Source of the DNA: a virus
Virus record (IMG/VR): IMGVR_UViG_3300017748_000003
Location: 1-64,000 of that record
Strand: one strand, 5' to 3'
Length of the DNA stretch: 64,000 bases
The position numbers and the translations under genes are program-made. The notes beneath the pieces were generated by a model. That model made no database searches, was not told the origin of the DNA, and was given only the letters and a program-made list of their open reading frames with translations. Of this stretch, positions 38,992 to 47,227 are shown piece by piece (the stretch's first letter is position 1; every line of letters begins with the position of its first letter).

Positions 38992-39524
38992 GGTCGGTAA
39001 GTCTTAGATACCCATTGGGTGTTAGTTACACGGTCTACTGGATTCGGGCAATGAATCCAGAACTTACGCCCTGTCTCTTTCACCCAATCAGCAATCCCTT
39101 CGTCATAATGAATAGCCCGTGATGCCTTCTGAATCTCGCGCCATCTAGGAAGGTAGTCCAATAGTTCCTCACTCCACCCAGACGGTAAGTAAAAGCAGGT
39201 TGTCATCATAAGATTCCGATCCCACCGAGAGCCTTCGGTTAAGTCTTTCTTTCTCATTGAAAAGAATTGGACCATTCTGTGTGGGTCTTCTAAAATGACA
39301 TCTTCTACCACCGAGCGAAATTTACCATTAACGCGAACACCGGATTCCATGTGAAGAGCAGCGTCACCTTCAGCTTTACCCAAAGCAGTCAAGAACGTAG
39401 AGAACCGATCCTGCTCATTTTCGGGGACGTGGACGCGGCCTGTAGTATCGGAGAAGAATCCCCACGTAGACAGGAATCCTCTCACGTCCTGCGGCCTATG
39501 ACGAAGAATAAAACGATAATTCAT
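38988..39524 (-). CDS. Degenerate paralog of the adjacent glycosyltransferase
   Basis: Shares AALHME, QFFSMRKxDLTEGSRWD, CFYLPxGWS and WIHCP, but EDD is ESG and DH is DR. Confidence 0.75.
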   Translation of the reverse strand: MNYRFILRHRPQDVRGFLSTWGFFSDTTGRVHVPENEQDRFSTFLTALGKAEGDAALHMESGVRVNGKFRSVVEDVILEDPHRMVQFFSMRKKDLTEGSRWDRNLMMTTCFYLPSGWSEELLDYLPRWREIQKASRAIHYDEGIADWVKETGRKFWIHCPNPVDRVTNTQWVSKTYRP

Positions 39525-40153
39525 AACTTGCCAATCTTAGCGTGATCCCATCTTCTCAAAAGGTCTTTAGAGAAGAGCGACGAGACTCTTGCTTTACCTT
39601 TGATGGACTTAGGATGTCCTAGGGTAGATGGGATTTGGTTGTTATGGTTGCAGAGATTTGGTAGTGTTAAAAGGAATGACTTTCCAGTCTGCTTAAGGAA
39701 CTTCTGTAATCCATAGTCATCCGCCCTTGTGATCCTTCCTTTCTCCGGCTGGTATAAATTCTCATCGGTAGCCCACTCAAGATACTCTTCGATGAACTTA
39801 CCTGTGTAGTAATTCGCCGGACACCAGAGCCTTTGTGTTTCAGCATAACAGAATCCTTCATCGTAAAGCTGCCTTTGTTTGTCTGTTAGACCGATGAGAA
39901 AAATCATACACCGATCAGGAACCATAGCTTTATCGAGTTCCTCTCTAAACCACGTAGGGATAATGACATCATCTTGGATAATTAGAACCCCATCTCTATT
40001 CTCCTTCATTATCTTAGTCAGATGCCAATGTGTTCCTAGGTAATCTGGATCAGTAGACACATAGGGGTTAAGGCCCTTCAGCCTTTCGACCAAGGAAGGA
40101 ATCATAATAGACCTTGAGGGAACAGTCTGAATAACCGTATTCTCAGGAATCAT
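39521..40153 (-). CDS. Glycosyltransferase-like protein
   Basis: 'LIIQDDVII', 'ADD', 'LPNLCNH..STLGH'. Confidence 0.65.
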   Translation of the reverse strand: MIPENTVIQTVPSRSIMIPSLVERLKGLNPYVSTDPDYLGTHWHLTKIMKENRDGVLIIQDDVIIPTWFREELDKAMVPDRCMIFLIGLTDKQRQLYDEGFCYAETQRLWCPANYYTGKFIEEYLEWATDENLYQPEKGRITRADDYGLQKFLKQTGKSFLLTLPNLCNHNNQIPSTLGHPKSIKGKARVSSLFSKDLLRRWDHAKIGKL

Positions 40154-40634
40154 CTCTAAACTTTTTCTTCATAAGCTCGAAGTCTTGCTTTGCGGTCATC
40201 GCTGGGCGTTTAGGTGGCCCCGGAAGATGAGTAGCGATGTTCGGCAGCTTCGACCGATTGACTAGACCGACCACTCGATAGTCCTTGTCCATATACCAGT
40301 AACACCTGCCCTCAAAATCGAAGTAACGTAGCTTCAGCTTCCAGAAGTAAGCGTCGTAGCCGTAGTCATGAATATGCTTAATGAACCGCTTGTAGTCAGG
40401 GATTCGGTTCTGTGGTACGGTAGCCTCGATACGTGTGTATTCGTGAGGATACTGCGGCATTGTTTTCGCAGGCTCCCAAGTGCAATCTTCTACTAAATCT
40501 TTTATTTCTTCTTCCGTCATAAATGCGGGTAGCGTTAATTCGCCGTTGTGTGCTGTGCGTGTAAAGACGTAACGGTTCCAAGGCGCGTTGCCCCAAGTGA
40601 CTGTCGTAACTGTCTTTTTCTGGTTACTTTTCAT
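40143..40634 (-). CDS. Hypothetical protein heading the modification operon (true start may be 40520, MTEEE)
   Basis: 'WEPAKTMPQYPHEYT...YWYM...VNR' core. Confidence 0.7.
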   Translation of the reverse strand: MKSNQKKTVTTVTWGNAPWNRYVFTRTAHNGELTLPAFMTEEEIKDLVEDCTWEPAKTMPQYPHEYTRIEATVPQNRIPDYKRFIKHIHDYGYDAYFWKLKLRYFDFEGRCYWYMDKDYRVVGLVNRSKLPNIATHLPGPPKRPAMTAKQDFELMKKKFRDDS

Positions 40635-40675
40635 TGTAAGGCCGGCCTGCCGTCATAAATGCGGGTAACGTTAAT

Positions 40676-40704
40676 ATCTTACTGCGCCTGTTTCTTTGTG
40701 TCAA
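40676..40704 (-). promoter_or_regulatory. Sigma70-type promoter for the modification/terminase operon
   Basis: TTGACA-N17-TAAGAT. Confidence 0.7.
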
Positions 40705-40725
40705 GACTTGATATTAAGAGCTACC

Positions 40726-41205
40726 TTACTTCCTCCTTACGCCTAGTATCTTACCTTCGTAGTAAGCCAGAGGAGTTTTACAGACTGCCCTGCTTTGGGT
40801 AGGGCGATGAATGCACTGCCCGTTACCTACATAAATTAGGATATGCCCAGAGGTTCCAGACCTACTACCCCTCCAAGTTATAACAACATCACCGGGTCGA
40901 ATACCAATAAGCGACACTTGCCTGCCCCACGATAGCCAGTTCCTAGCCATAGCGTAGTGGGGTGGTGTATTACCACCAGAGTCGTTAATGATTCTTCCCA
41001 CCCAATTAGCGCACTGACGAGACTGCCCGTAACGGTAATGTTTTCCTTCCCACTTTTTAGCCTCAGATACAATAGCCGTAGCGGTGTATTGTCCGGGAAT
41101 AAGGTCTCTAAATAAACGTTTCTCTTGGCCGTAAGAAGTCCCTAGGCAACTAGAAACCAATACAAAGATAACCAGAAACTTATGTATTAACGTGTTAATG
41201 TTCAT
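40726..41205 (-). CDS. NlpC/P60 (CHAP-related) peptidoglycan peptidase with signal peptide
   Basis: Catalytic Cys 'QCANWV', 'RPGDVV', His 'SGHILIYVG..IH'; hydrophobic N-terminus. Confidence 0.85.
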   Translation of the reverse strand: MNINTLIHKFLVIFVLVSSCLGTSYGQEKRLFRDLIPGQYTATAIVSEAKKWEGKHYRYGQSRQCANWVGRIINDSGGNTPPHYAMARNWLSWGRQVSLIGIRPGDVVITWRGSRSGTSGHILIYVGNGQCIHRPTQSRAVCKTPLAYYEGKILGVRRK

Positions 41206-41348
41206 GGATTAATATATCACAGATCCGAATATTTGCAAGTAATAAATACCTAGTGTTTTTGCACGCTGTGCAAACTAAAGACAGAGACTAGGAGTCTTTA
41301 ACGTCTTTTGCATCAGATAACTTTTCGCAAAGCATAACTAATCGTTCG

Positions 41349-41579
41349 TCAGCTTGAGAGTCTGGTAAGAGCGTCTGCTGCTCTTCTAATCCATCTCTTC
41401 CAGAGTCTAACTTTCTCTTTAGTATCAGGCTTGCTAGGCTTAATAGCTTTCTTAGCATTGTGATGAATCTCTTCTAAGGTTTCTCCAGAAAACTCTTCTG
41501 GTATATCATCAATAAAAAGAACGGGTCCATCGGTCCCAGACTTTACTATCTTATCTATGTTATCCGAATTTTCCTCCAT
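41349..41579 (-). CDS. Hypothetical protein
   Basis: 76 aa. Confidence 0.6.
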   Translation of the reverse strand: MEENSDNIDKIVKSGTDGPVLFIDDIPEEFSGETLEEIHHNAKKAIKPSKPDTKEKVRLWKRWIRRAADALTRLSS

Positions 41580-41589
41580 AGTAAATTAT

Positions 41590-42258
41590 CTAATTAGCTC
41601 CCCAAGATAAACCAAACCGTTCAGCGCATACAGGACCATAACCTACTGACACGCTTCTATCGTCAGTCAAGGACCGATTACAGAAGCAACACCTACCTGT
41701 AATCTTACCAAACTCAGCAGCTACCTCCTCAGGGCTTTCAGCCAACCTAGACAGAGCAGCCCTAACTGCGGGTGTGCTATCCCTGCCGGGATAAAACTTA
41801 CCATCTTGTGCTATACGGCCATACCAACCATCTCCGAACTTAGGAGATGCAACCATAACGTCTCCAGTGTAACGAGACCGCGCACCTGCTATAGACACCT
41901 TAAGCTCTATGCCCTCAGCGTTAAGCCTAATAGATGGTGACTTAACGTGCTCACCCGCCTTAGATAACATACGCTTAATACCCTCAAGAGGCATTCTAAT
42001 ACCCCTATCATGCCTAGGTGCTGACTCCTCTTCCATAGTCAAGGAGTGAAGCCAGTAACGCTTAGCATCAGACAAGTAAGACCAACGCCCCGCAGAGAAA
42101 TTAGCGTAAGCCTCTGCGACTCTGCGCTCAAAGTTGCTAACTTTGTCGCTCTTACTGATCTTATCCAGTAGGGCATCGTAAGCAGATTTGTCATTATCAT
42201 ACGGGCTATCAATCTCGCGGACCTGACCTGTTTTGCGATGAGTGTATCCAATCTTCAT
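41590..42258 (-). CDS. DUF6011-like zinc-binding domain protein
   Basis: C-terminal 'CCFCNRSLTDDRSVSVGYGPVCA'. Confidence 0.8.
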   Translation of the reverse strand: MKIGYTHRKTGQVREIDSPYDNDKSAYDALLDKISKSDKVSNFERRVAEAYANFSAGRWSYLSDAKRYWLHSLTMEEESAPRHDRGIRMPLEGIKRMLSKAGEHVKSPSIRLNAEGIELKVSIAGARSRYTGDVMVASPKFGDGWYGRIAQDGKFYPGRDSTPAVRAALSRLAESPEEVAAEFGKITGRCCFCNRSLTDDRSVSVGYGPVCAERFGLSWGAN

Positions 42259-42280
42259 AATGTAAATATAAGGGCTAGGG

Positions 42281-42541
42281 TTACTTAGTTGTAGGAAATA
42301 ACTCGTTAATCATCTGGATTCTGTGGCTCACTTCGGCTAGGTCCTTTTCGGTCCTAAGTATATCGTTTCTCCAGACTGTAAGGAACCCACTGTCGTAGGC
42401 TCTCGCCCCTGTCATTCCATCCTTCCACCGCTCGTTAATGTCTGCTCTGTCGGCTAAAATAGCCTCAGCCCTAGCTCTAAGTAGCTCCAGAGATTTGTGG
42501 GCGTTTTCTTCTTGTGATGTAACTGTATTGATCTCGTTCAT
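42281..42541 (-). CDS. Hypothetical protein (near-leaderless)
   Basis: ATG 8 nt after the promoter -10. Confidence 0.65.
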   Translation of the reverse strand: MNEINTVTSQEENAHKSLELLRARAEAILADRADINERWKDGMTGARAYDSGFLTVWRNDILRTEKDLAEVSHRIQMINELFPTTK

Positions 42542-42595
42542 AACATTACAAGGTAGCACAGGTCCGAACGTTTGCAAGTAATAAATAAAAAGAAA

Positions 42596-43462
42596 TTACA
42601 TAACCTCTTTATAGTGCTTGCCTCTATCAACTAAAACCATTTCGTAATTATCTATCCCGCTACCTACAGAAACACCTTCAGACCTAGTAAGCTTATTCTC
42701 CTTAAAAGAAGAGTAATCAACTTGGTGATGCCAGCGATTAAACTTACGAGTAACCCTAACTACATCAGGATGCTGCTCAGCCAGAGACTCAGCAAACTCC
42801 TTACGGTCATTAGTCTTCTCGTATAAATCATTCGTATTGCCGCCATCCATTCTCATCGTAGTCACCTTCCCGCAGAGGAAAGCGTTAAACAAAATAGTGC
42901 ATAACCCAGACTTAAGGACGCGAAGTGACAAGTCTGTGTCCTCGTTAAATCGTCCTCGCCACCGGAACTCTAGAGAGTTGTTCACTAGAATGCATGAGTA
43001 AATCCTAGTGTTGGTATAAAAAGGAGGAACAGGGTCTGTCGCTTTAGCGAAGGAATAATAGTTCATACCCGACAGACCTACATTTGAGAACCTGTCAGTA
43101 AAGTCTTCACAGGCTCGGAACGTAGCATTAGTCCTAACCCTAAACTTAGTATTCTTGTTAAGACGATTAAAATCCTCAATGTTATCGTCCAGAATCCAGT
43201 GCCTCTCGTCGCCTCTAGCGAGCGAGTGATTCCAGACCCAATTACGGACGGGTATAGACCCGCAGCCTCTCTCAGAGAAGTCTAAGGGCAGCACTAGGAC
43301 ATCTGACCCCACCCACTGATTGCGTCGATAAGCATCAACCTCAGAAGGCTCCACTACTACCTTAAATGGAACGTTACACTTCCTAAGAGATCTAACAGTA
43401 ATGCACGAGCTAGGTCTACCTTTAGATATAACGTAGACAGGATATCTTAATTCTTTTGCCAT
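42596..43462 (-). CDS. TAGT/GREB1-like glycosyltransferase (phage base-modification type)
   Basis: 'YPVYVISKGR', 'HWILDDNI', 'IYSCIL', 'NEDTDLSLRVL', 'GGN'. Confidence 0.8.
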   Translation of the reverse strand: MAKELRYPVYVISKGRPSSCITVRSLRKCNVPFKVVVEPSEVDAYRRNQWVGSDVLVLPLDFSERGCGSIPVRNWVWNHSLARGDERHWILDDNIEDFNRLNKNTKFRVRTNATFRACEDFTDRFSNVGLSGMNYYSFAKATDPVPPFYTNTRIYSCILVNNSLEFRWRGRFNEDTDLSLRVLKSGLCTILFNAFLCGKVTTMRMDGGNTNDLYEKTNDRKEFAESLAEQHPDVVRVTRKFNRWHHQVDYSSFKENKLTRSEGVSVGSGIDNYEMVLVDRGKHYKEVM

Positions 43463-44202
43463 ACGTTAGGACGGTCATTCCAAAACCCCGTCTTTACTTT
43501 TTCATAGCCTGATTGCTTAAGGATATTAGCAAACATCCTACCCATCTTACTATGATGAATATACGAATCAAGAGGGATAACCTTAGAAGACCAGCGAAGG
43601 TTGTAGAAGTAATCAAAATGCCCAAATGATTTTGCATTAAAAGCATTAGCCATAACTATTACCTTTGGCTTGTTCACTTCTAAGATTTCAATTAGGTGAT
43701 CGCCAGCGTGATAAATATGCTCAAAGTATTCACTAGCGAAGACTAAATCAACTGGCCCAGCTTCTTTGTGGTCAGGCAATACGTCTATGTGGCTAGCGCA
43801 AAAATCATACTGCTTAGTGCCTTTAAGATTAGTGCCAACCACCCTGCCACATCCTATATCCTCAAGTGCTTTAGTGGTAAGGCCCAAGCCGCACCCTAAG
43901 TCTAAACAGGTATCAACAGTAAGATTAAGAGACCCCACCTTCTTTATATACTCTGATGAATATATTTTGTAACAGGCTAGTAGGTCGCAGAAATACCAAT
44001 CATCGTCATATAACTTGTAAGCGGCATCCTCATAGTCCAAGGCTTCATACCATTTATTCCTCAAGTCTTCAGCCCACTTAGAGCAGCCTTTTCCGTTGTA
44101 GTGATTTAAGACATCCGTATACCTCTGCTTTGCAGATGTAATGTCTATAGAATACATCTCGCAGTATAATTTAATCGCCTCTTCAATCTTCATCTCAATC
44201 AA
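43447..44202 (-). CDS. Class I SAM-dependent methyltransferase
   Basis: 'LDLGCGLG', 'DLVFASEYFEHI'. Confidence 0.8.
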   Translation of the reverse strand: MIEMKIEEAIKLYCEMYSIDITSAKQRYTDVLNHYNGKGCSKWAEDLRNKWYEALDYEDAAYKLYDDDWYFCDLLACYKIYSSEYIKKVGSLNLTVDTCLDLGCGLGLTTKALEDIGCGRVVGTNLKGTKQYDFCASHIDVLPDHKEAGPVDLVFASEYFEHIYHAGDHLIEILEVNKPKVIVMANAFNAKSFGHFDYFYNLRWSSKVIPLDSYIHHSKMGRMFANILKQSGYEKVKTGFWNDRPNVWQKN

Positions 44203-44479
44203 CTATAACTTTTCTTCTAACTCGGCTACGCTTCCGCTTTCGAGTCTTTGATGGAGGCAGTGCATCTACATACATCTTACCTCTGTTAAGTCCCTTAATC
44301 AGTTTAGGAAACCAGACGCTCTTAGTCTTAGGTGTAAGCTTCTGATCTAAAGCCTCAGATAATTTGTCTAGGCTCTCCGCATCAGGCACACGAACAATAA
44401 TCGTTGCGTATGCTTCTTGCTTCTCCTGTTGAAACTCAGGCATCCCCTCCCACAGGTCTTGTGATTCTTTCTTAGTCAT
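44195..44479 (-). CDS. Small protein of a type found beside TAGT-like genes
   Basis: 'WEGMPEF...Q.LT.KTKSVWFP' motif; Arg-rich tail. Confidence 0.65.
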   Translation of the reverse strand: MTKKESQDLWEGMPEFQQEKQEAYATIIVRVPDAESLDKLSEALDQKLTPKTKSVWFPKLIKGLNRGKMYVDALPPSKTRKRKRSRVRRKVIVD

Positions 44480-44485
44480 ATCGCC

Positions 44486-44950
44486 TCAATCTAACCAAGC
44501 AGGGGCTTGTCTCTTAGTCCACTTATGCAGATGTGATTTAGCAGAGCGGTAATAAGATCTATAAGCAACTATAGAATCTTCGTGATAAAACTCTTCTGGC
44601 ATAGCTTGGGCAAACGGTGTCATTGACGAAGACTCAGGAATAATGTCGATAGAGATATTATCCCAGCACCATTGAATTACATCAATACTAGCATGACTGC
44701 CTCCGAACCGATAAACCTTTTCCTTACCTAAAGCCATGCCGTGGTGATAAAGCCACTCGTAATTCTTTAAGCATTTCCTAGCCCATATAGTGCAGGGGTG
44801 ATTGTAGTAAGCCCTAAGATAAGGAGCGTCCCCTTTGGGGTAGGCTGAGCACATCATCTGTGCTGTCTCTAGAATCATCTTATTTACGTGCTTGTCTCCA
44901 AGTGCTTTTGCTGCACGCTGCGGTCGTATGTCTACTGCGAATATGTTCAT
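44486..44950 (-). CDS. Pyrimidine-dimer DNA glycosylase (endonuclease V/Pyr_excise-like)
   Basis: 'MNIF..DKHVNKMILETAQM..NHPCTIWAR..FAQAMP..AYRSYY..WTKR..P.W'. Confidence 0.85.
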   Translation of the reverse strand: MNIFAVDIRPQRAAKALGDKHVNKMILETAQMMCSAYPKGDAPYLRAYYNHPCTIWARKCLKNYEWLYHHGMALGKEKVYRFGGSHASIDVIQWCWDNISIDIIPESSSMTPFAQAMPEEFYHEDSIVAYRSYYRSAKSHLHKWTKRQAPAWLD

Positions 44951-45399
44951 GTTAGGTCTATAGATCTTTTAGAGCGCATAACATAACTTTTCTTATGAGC
45001 CTGTGGTCGCCTCCTACGCTTAGCTTTCTTAATAGAGCGACCTACCCACTCATCCTCAGCTTCTGATTGTAAAGTCTCGTGATTCTCTCCGGCGATCATA
45101 CGCTCCATGTATTCTATAGGTAGGTAGCCCCATGACTTAACCTGCCACTCGTTAAAGGAATTAAGATCATCCCAAGAAGCATTTAGCCTACGATAAGGCG
45201 AAGGCTTACCTGCATCGCGCTTCCCTATTACAGTCAGCCAATCAACCTTACTGACTGCTGGCTTACTTTGATTCTCAACCCTATACCTGTCACTACAGCG
45301 TGTAGCGATAAACATAATAATCTTATCTGCGTCAGGCTTACGTGCTGTCATAGAATAAAAAACCATAGGCACACGAAACGGTCGCTTTTGTTCTTGCAT
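44947..45399 (-). CDS. Hypothetical protein (leaderless)
   Basis: ATG 5 nt after the promoter -10. Confidence 0.7.
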   Translation of the reverse strand: MQEQKRPFRVPMVFYSMTARKPDADKIIMFIATRCSDRYRVENQSKPAVSKVDWLTVIGKRDAGKPSPYRRLNASWDDLNSFNEWQVKSWGYLPIEYMERMIAGENHETLQSEAEDEWVGRSIKKAKRRRRPQAHKKSYVMRSKRSIDLT

Positions 45400-45457
45400 G
45401 ATTTAGTATAGCACAGAATGAGAATGTTTGCAAGTAATAATTTACTTACGTAAGATG

Positions 45458-46177
45458 CTAATTCAAAGAACCGTAACTCCAGTTAGGATACTTAGCAGTA
45501 GTATCTTCTTCCTTTAAAAGCTCTATGTGCCAAGGCGCATCACACTCAGACCCTTCAAGAATTTTAACCTTCATAGAATCTTTAGGATCAATCTTAGCTA
45601 TAATACAATTACCCTTACCCGGCTTAAGCTGAGTAGCCATCTTATCGTCTCTCATAGCTATGACTTCGATGCCTAGGTTAAAGATACTATTAATATCATC
45701 CATAACCTTAGGATTCAAAAGAGCCTTAACTACGTCCAAGCAATGACCAGTAACCATCAGCGGCATACTGCTAGGAGGGCCTTCTGTCCAAGGCTGAAAA
45801 GACCACGCCACACCGCCTTTATCTGGCCTTACATCAGTAAGCCCTAAAAGGTAAAGGCATTTATAAGATTTACATACTGTAGGTCTGTTACTGTATACAG
45901 TGCAGCCTACACCCTCCACTGCGTAATAACACTCAACGCAAGCTGGCTTAGGATCAAAATCAATAGGCTCATCAGCCAGTATACTAGACTCTTCGATAGC
46001 CGGAGCCTGACAACAGTAAATGCAATCTCCGCACTCTCTACCCTCAGCGTTACTTAAAGAAAACTTTGATAAAAACTCTACGTCTTCTCTCTTAAGCAGC
46101 TTAATATTAGTAGCAGCTTTAATCATAAGATACTCAAGCTTCTTAGCATCCTCTGGTGTAAGATCATTTATATTCAT
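45458..46177 (-). CDS. YkgJ/CxxCxxCC family cysteine-cluster protein
   Basis: 'CGDCIYCC..C..GCTVYSNRPTVCKSYKC'. Confidence 0.8.
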   Translation of the reverse strand: MNINDLTPEDAKKLEYLMIKAATNIKLLKREDVEFLSKFSLSNAEGRECGDCIYCCQAPAIEESSILADEPIDFDPKPACVECYYAVEGVGCTVYSNRPTVCKSYKCLYLLGLTDVRPDKGGVAWSFQPWTEGPPSSMPLMVTGHCLDVVKALLNPKVMDDINSIFNLGIEVIAMRDDKMATQLKPGKGNCIIAKIDPKDSMKVKILEGSECDAPWHIELLKEEDTTAKYPNWSYGSLN

Positions 46178-46189
46178 TATCTAATACAG

Positions 46190-46293
46190 ACGTGCCTCCT
46201 ACTCGGATACCAAACCGAGTAGGAGGGCTTAGCCAACAGACCAATTCCCCTACCAAGGGAATCAGAAACAAGCTCCTCCTAGTAAGCCTGTTA
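46190..46293 (-). ncRNA. Candidate structured RNA/leader (three hairpins)
   Basis: Directly downstream of promoter 46299-46327, contains no ATG; stems at 46267-46292, 46244-46262 and 46195-46226. Confidence 0.45.
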
Positions 46294-46348
46294 GTATTAG
46301 TATAGCACAGAATGGGAATGTTTGCAAGTAATAATTTACTTGGATAAT

Positions 46349-46975
46349 TCAATCCCACAAGTTTGACGTATGCAACGATTCCCAAGACTTAAGCGCATAC
46401 TCTCTTATGGTGCTCATCTGAATTAAGATACAAGACCTAGTAAGAACGGCAGTAACGGCTAACACCCAATGGCTAGCATCAATAATAGAAGCCAAGCACT
46501 GAGATAAAAGTATTGCTGCTATGCCATACTTCATAGCCTCAAGCTGACTCTTCTGAACTACAGGCATAATGCTAAGCATCCAGCCAGAACTATGGTATTT
46601 CTTTTCAAGCTGAGACGCACGCTCTTTAAGCAAAGTAGTAACCCCAAGATCACCATCTTTATCAGCTTTTATATTAGATAACCCTAGCCACTCAGACTCC
46701 TGTGAATAAGATTTAGTAAGCTTAGACCCTACTCCCATAGCCATCATAACGCCAAATAGGATAACATTAATAAGTATAAGCCAGCCATAAAGGAACTCTA
46801 AGATCCAATCACCTGTAGGAACCTCAGGAATAAGGCTAGCTATAACTAAATACATATAACCCACTAAAATACTGGCTTCCGCTCCCCAAGCCCCTACAGG
46901 CCAAGTTTGAGTAATATGAAACTTCTTCTCCTCAAGGTGGGGAGCTATAATACGCTCAGCATCAATCATCTTCAT
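46349..46975 (-). CDS. Multi-pass membrane protein
   Basis: About four hydrophobic segments. Confidence 0.65.
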   Translation of the reverse strand: MKMIDAERIIAPHLEEKKFHITQTWPVGAWGAEASILVGYMYLVIASLIPEVPTGDWILEFLYGWLILINVILFGVMMAMGVGSKLTKSYSQESEWLGLSNIKADKDGDLGVTTLLKERASQLEKKYHSSGWMLSIMPVVQKSQLEAMKYGIAAILLSQCLASIIDASHWVLAVTAVLTRSCILIQMSTIREYALKSWESLHTSNLWD

Positions 46976-47219
46976 AAATAAGTAAAATATAGTCTTTTCT
47001 AAAAATATTAGGCATAAGGACACGGCCAGCCTCAGGCATCCTAAGCATAAACGTAAGCAACTCCCCTCTTAGAGATCTATAAGCTACGCGATCAGCCTTA
47101 ACCCTTTTACCGGATACATGAGTCCCCATTTCAATAGCTATTTGCACGGCGTGCAATCCTGACCTAGCCACGATGTAACTAATCTTCCAATAACGGCTAA
47201 CTACTCGGTATAGATTCAT
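46962..47219 (-). CDS. Hypothetical protein
   Basis: 85 aa. Confidence 0.55.
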   Translation of the reverse strand: MNLYRVVSRYWKISYIVARSGLHAVQIAIEMGTHVSGKRVKADRVAYRSLRGELLTFMLRMPEAGRVLMPNIFRKDYILLIYEDD

Positions 47220-47227
47220 TAAGTAAA

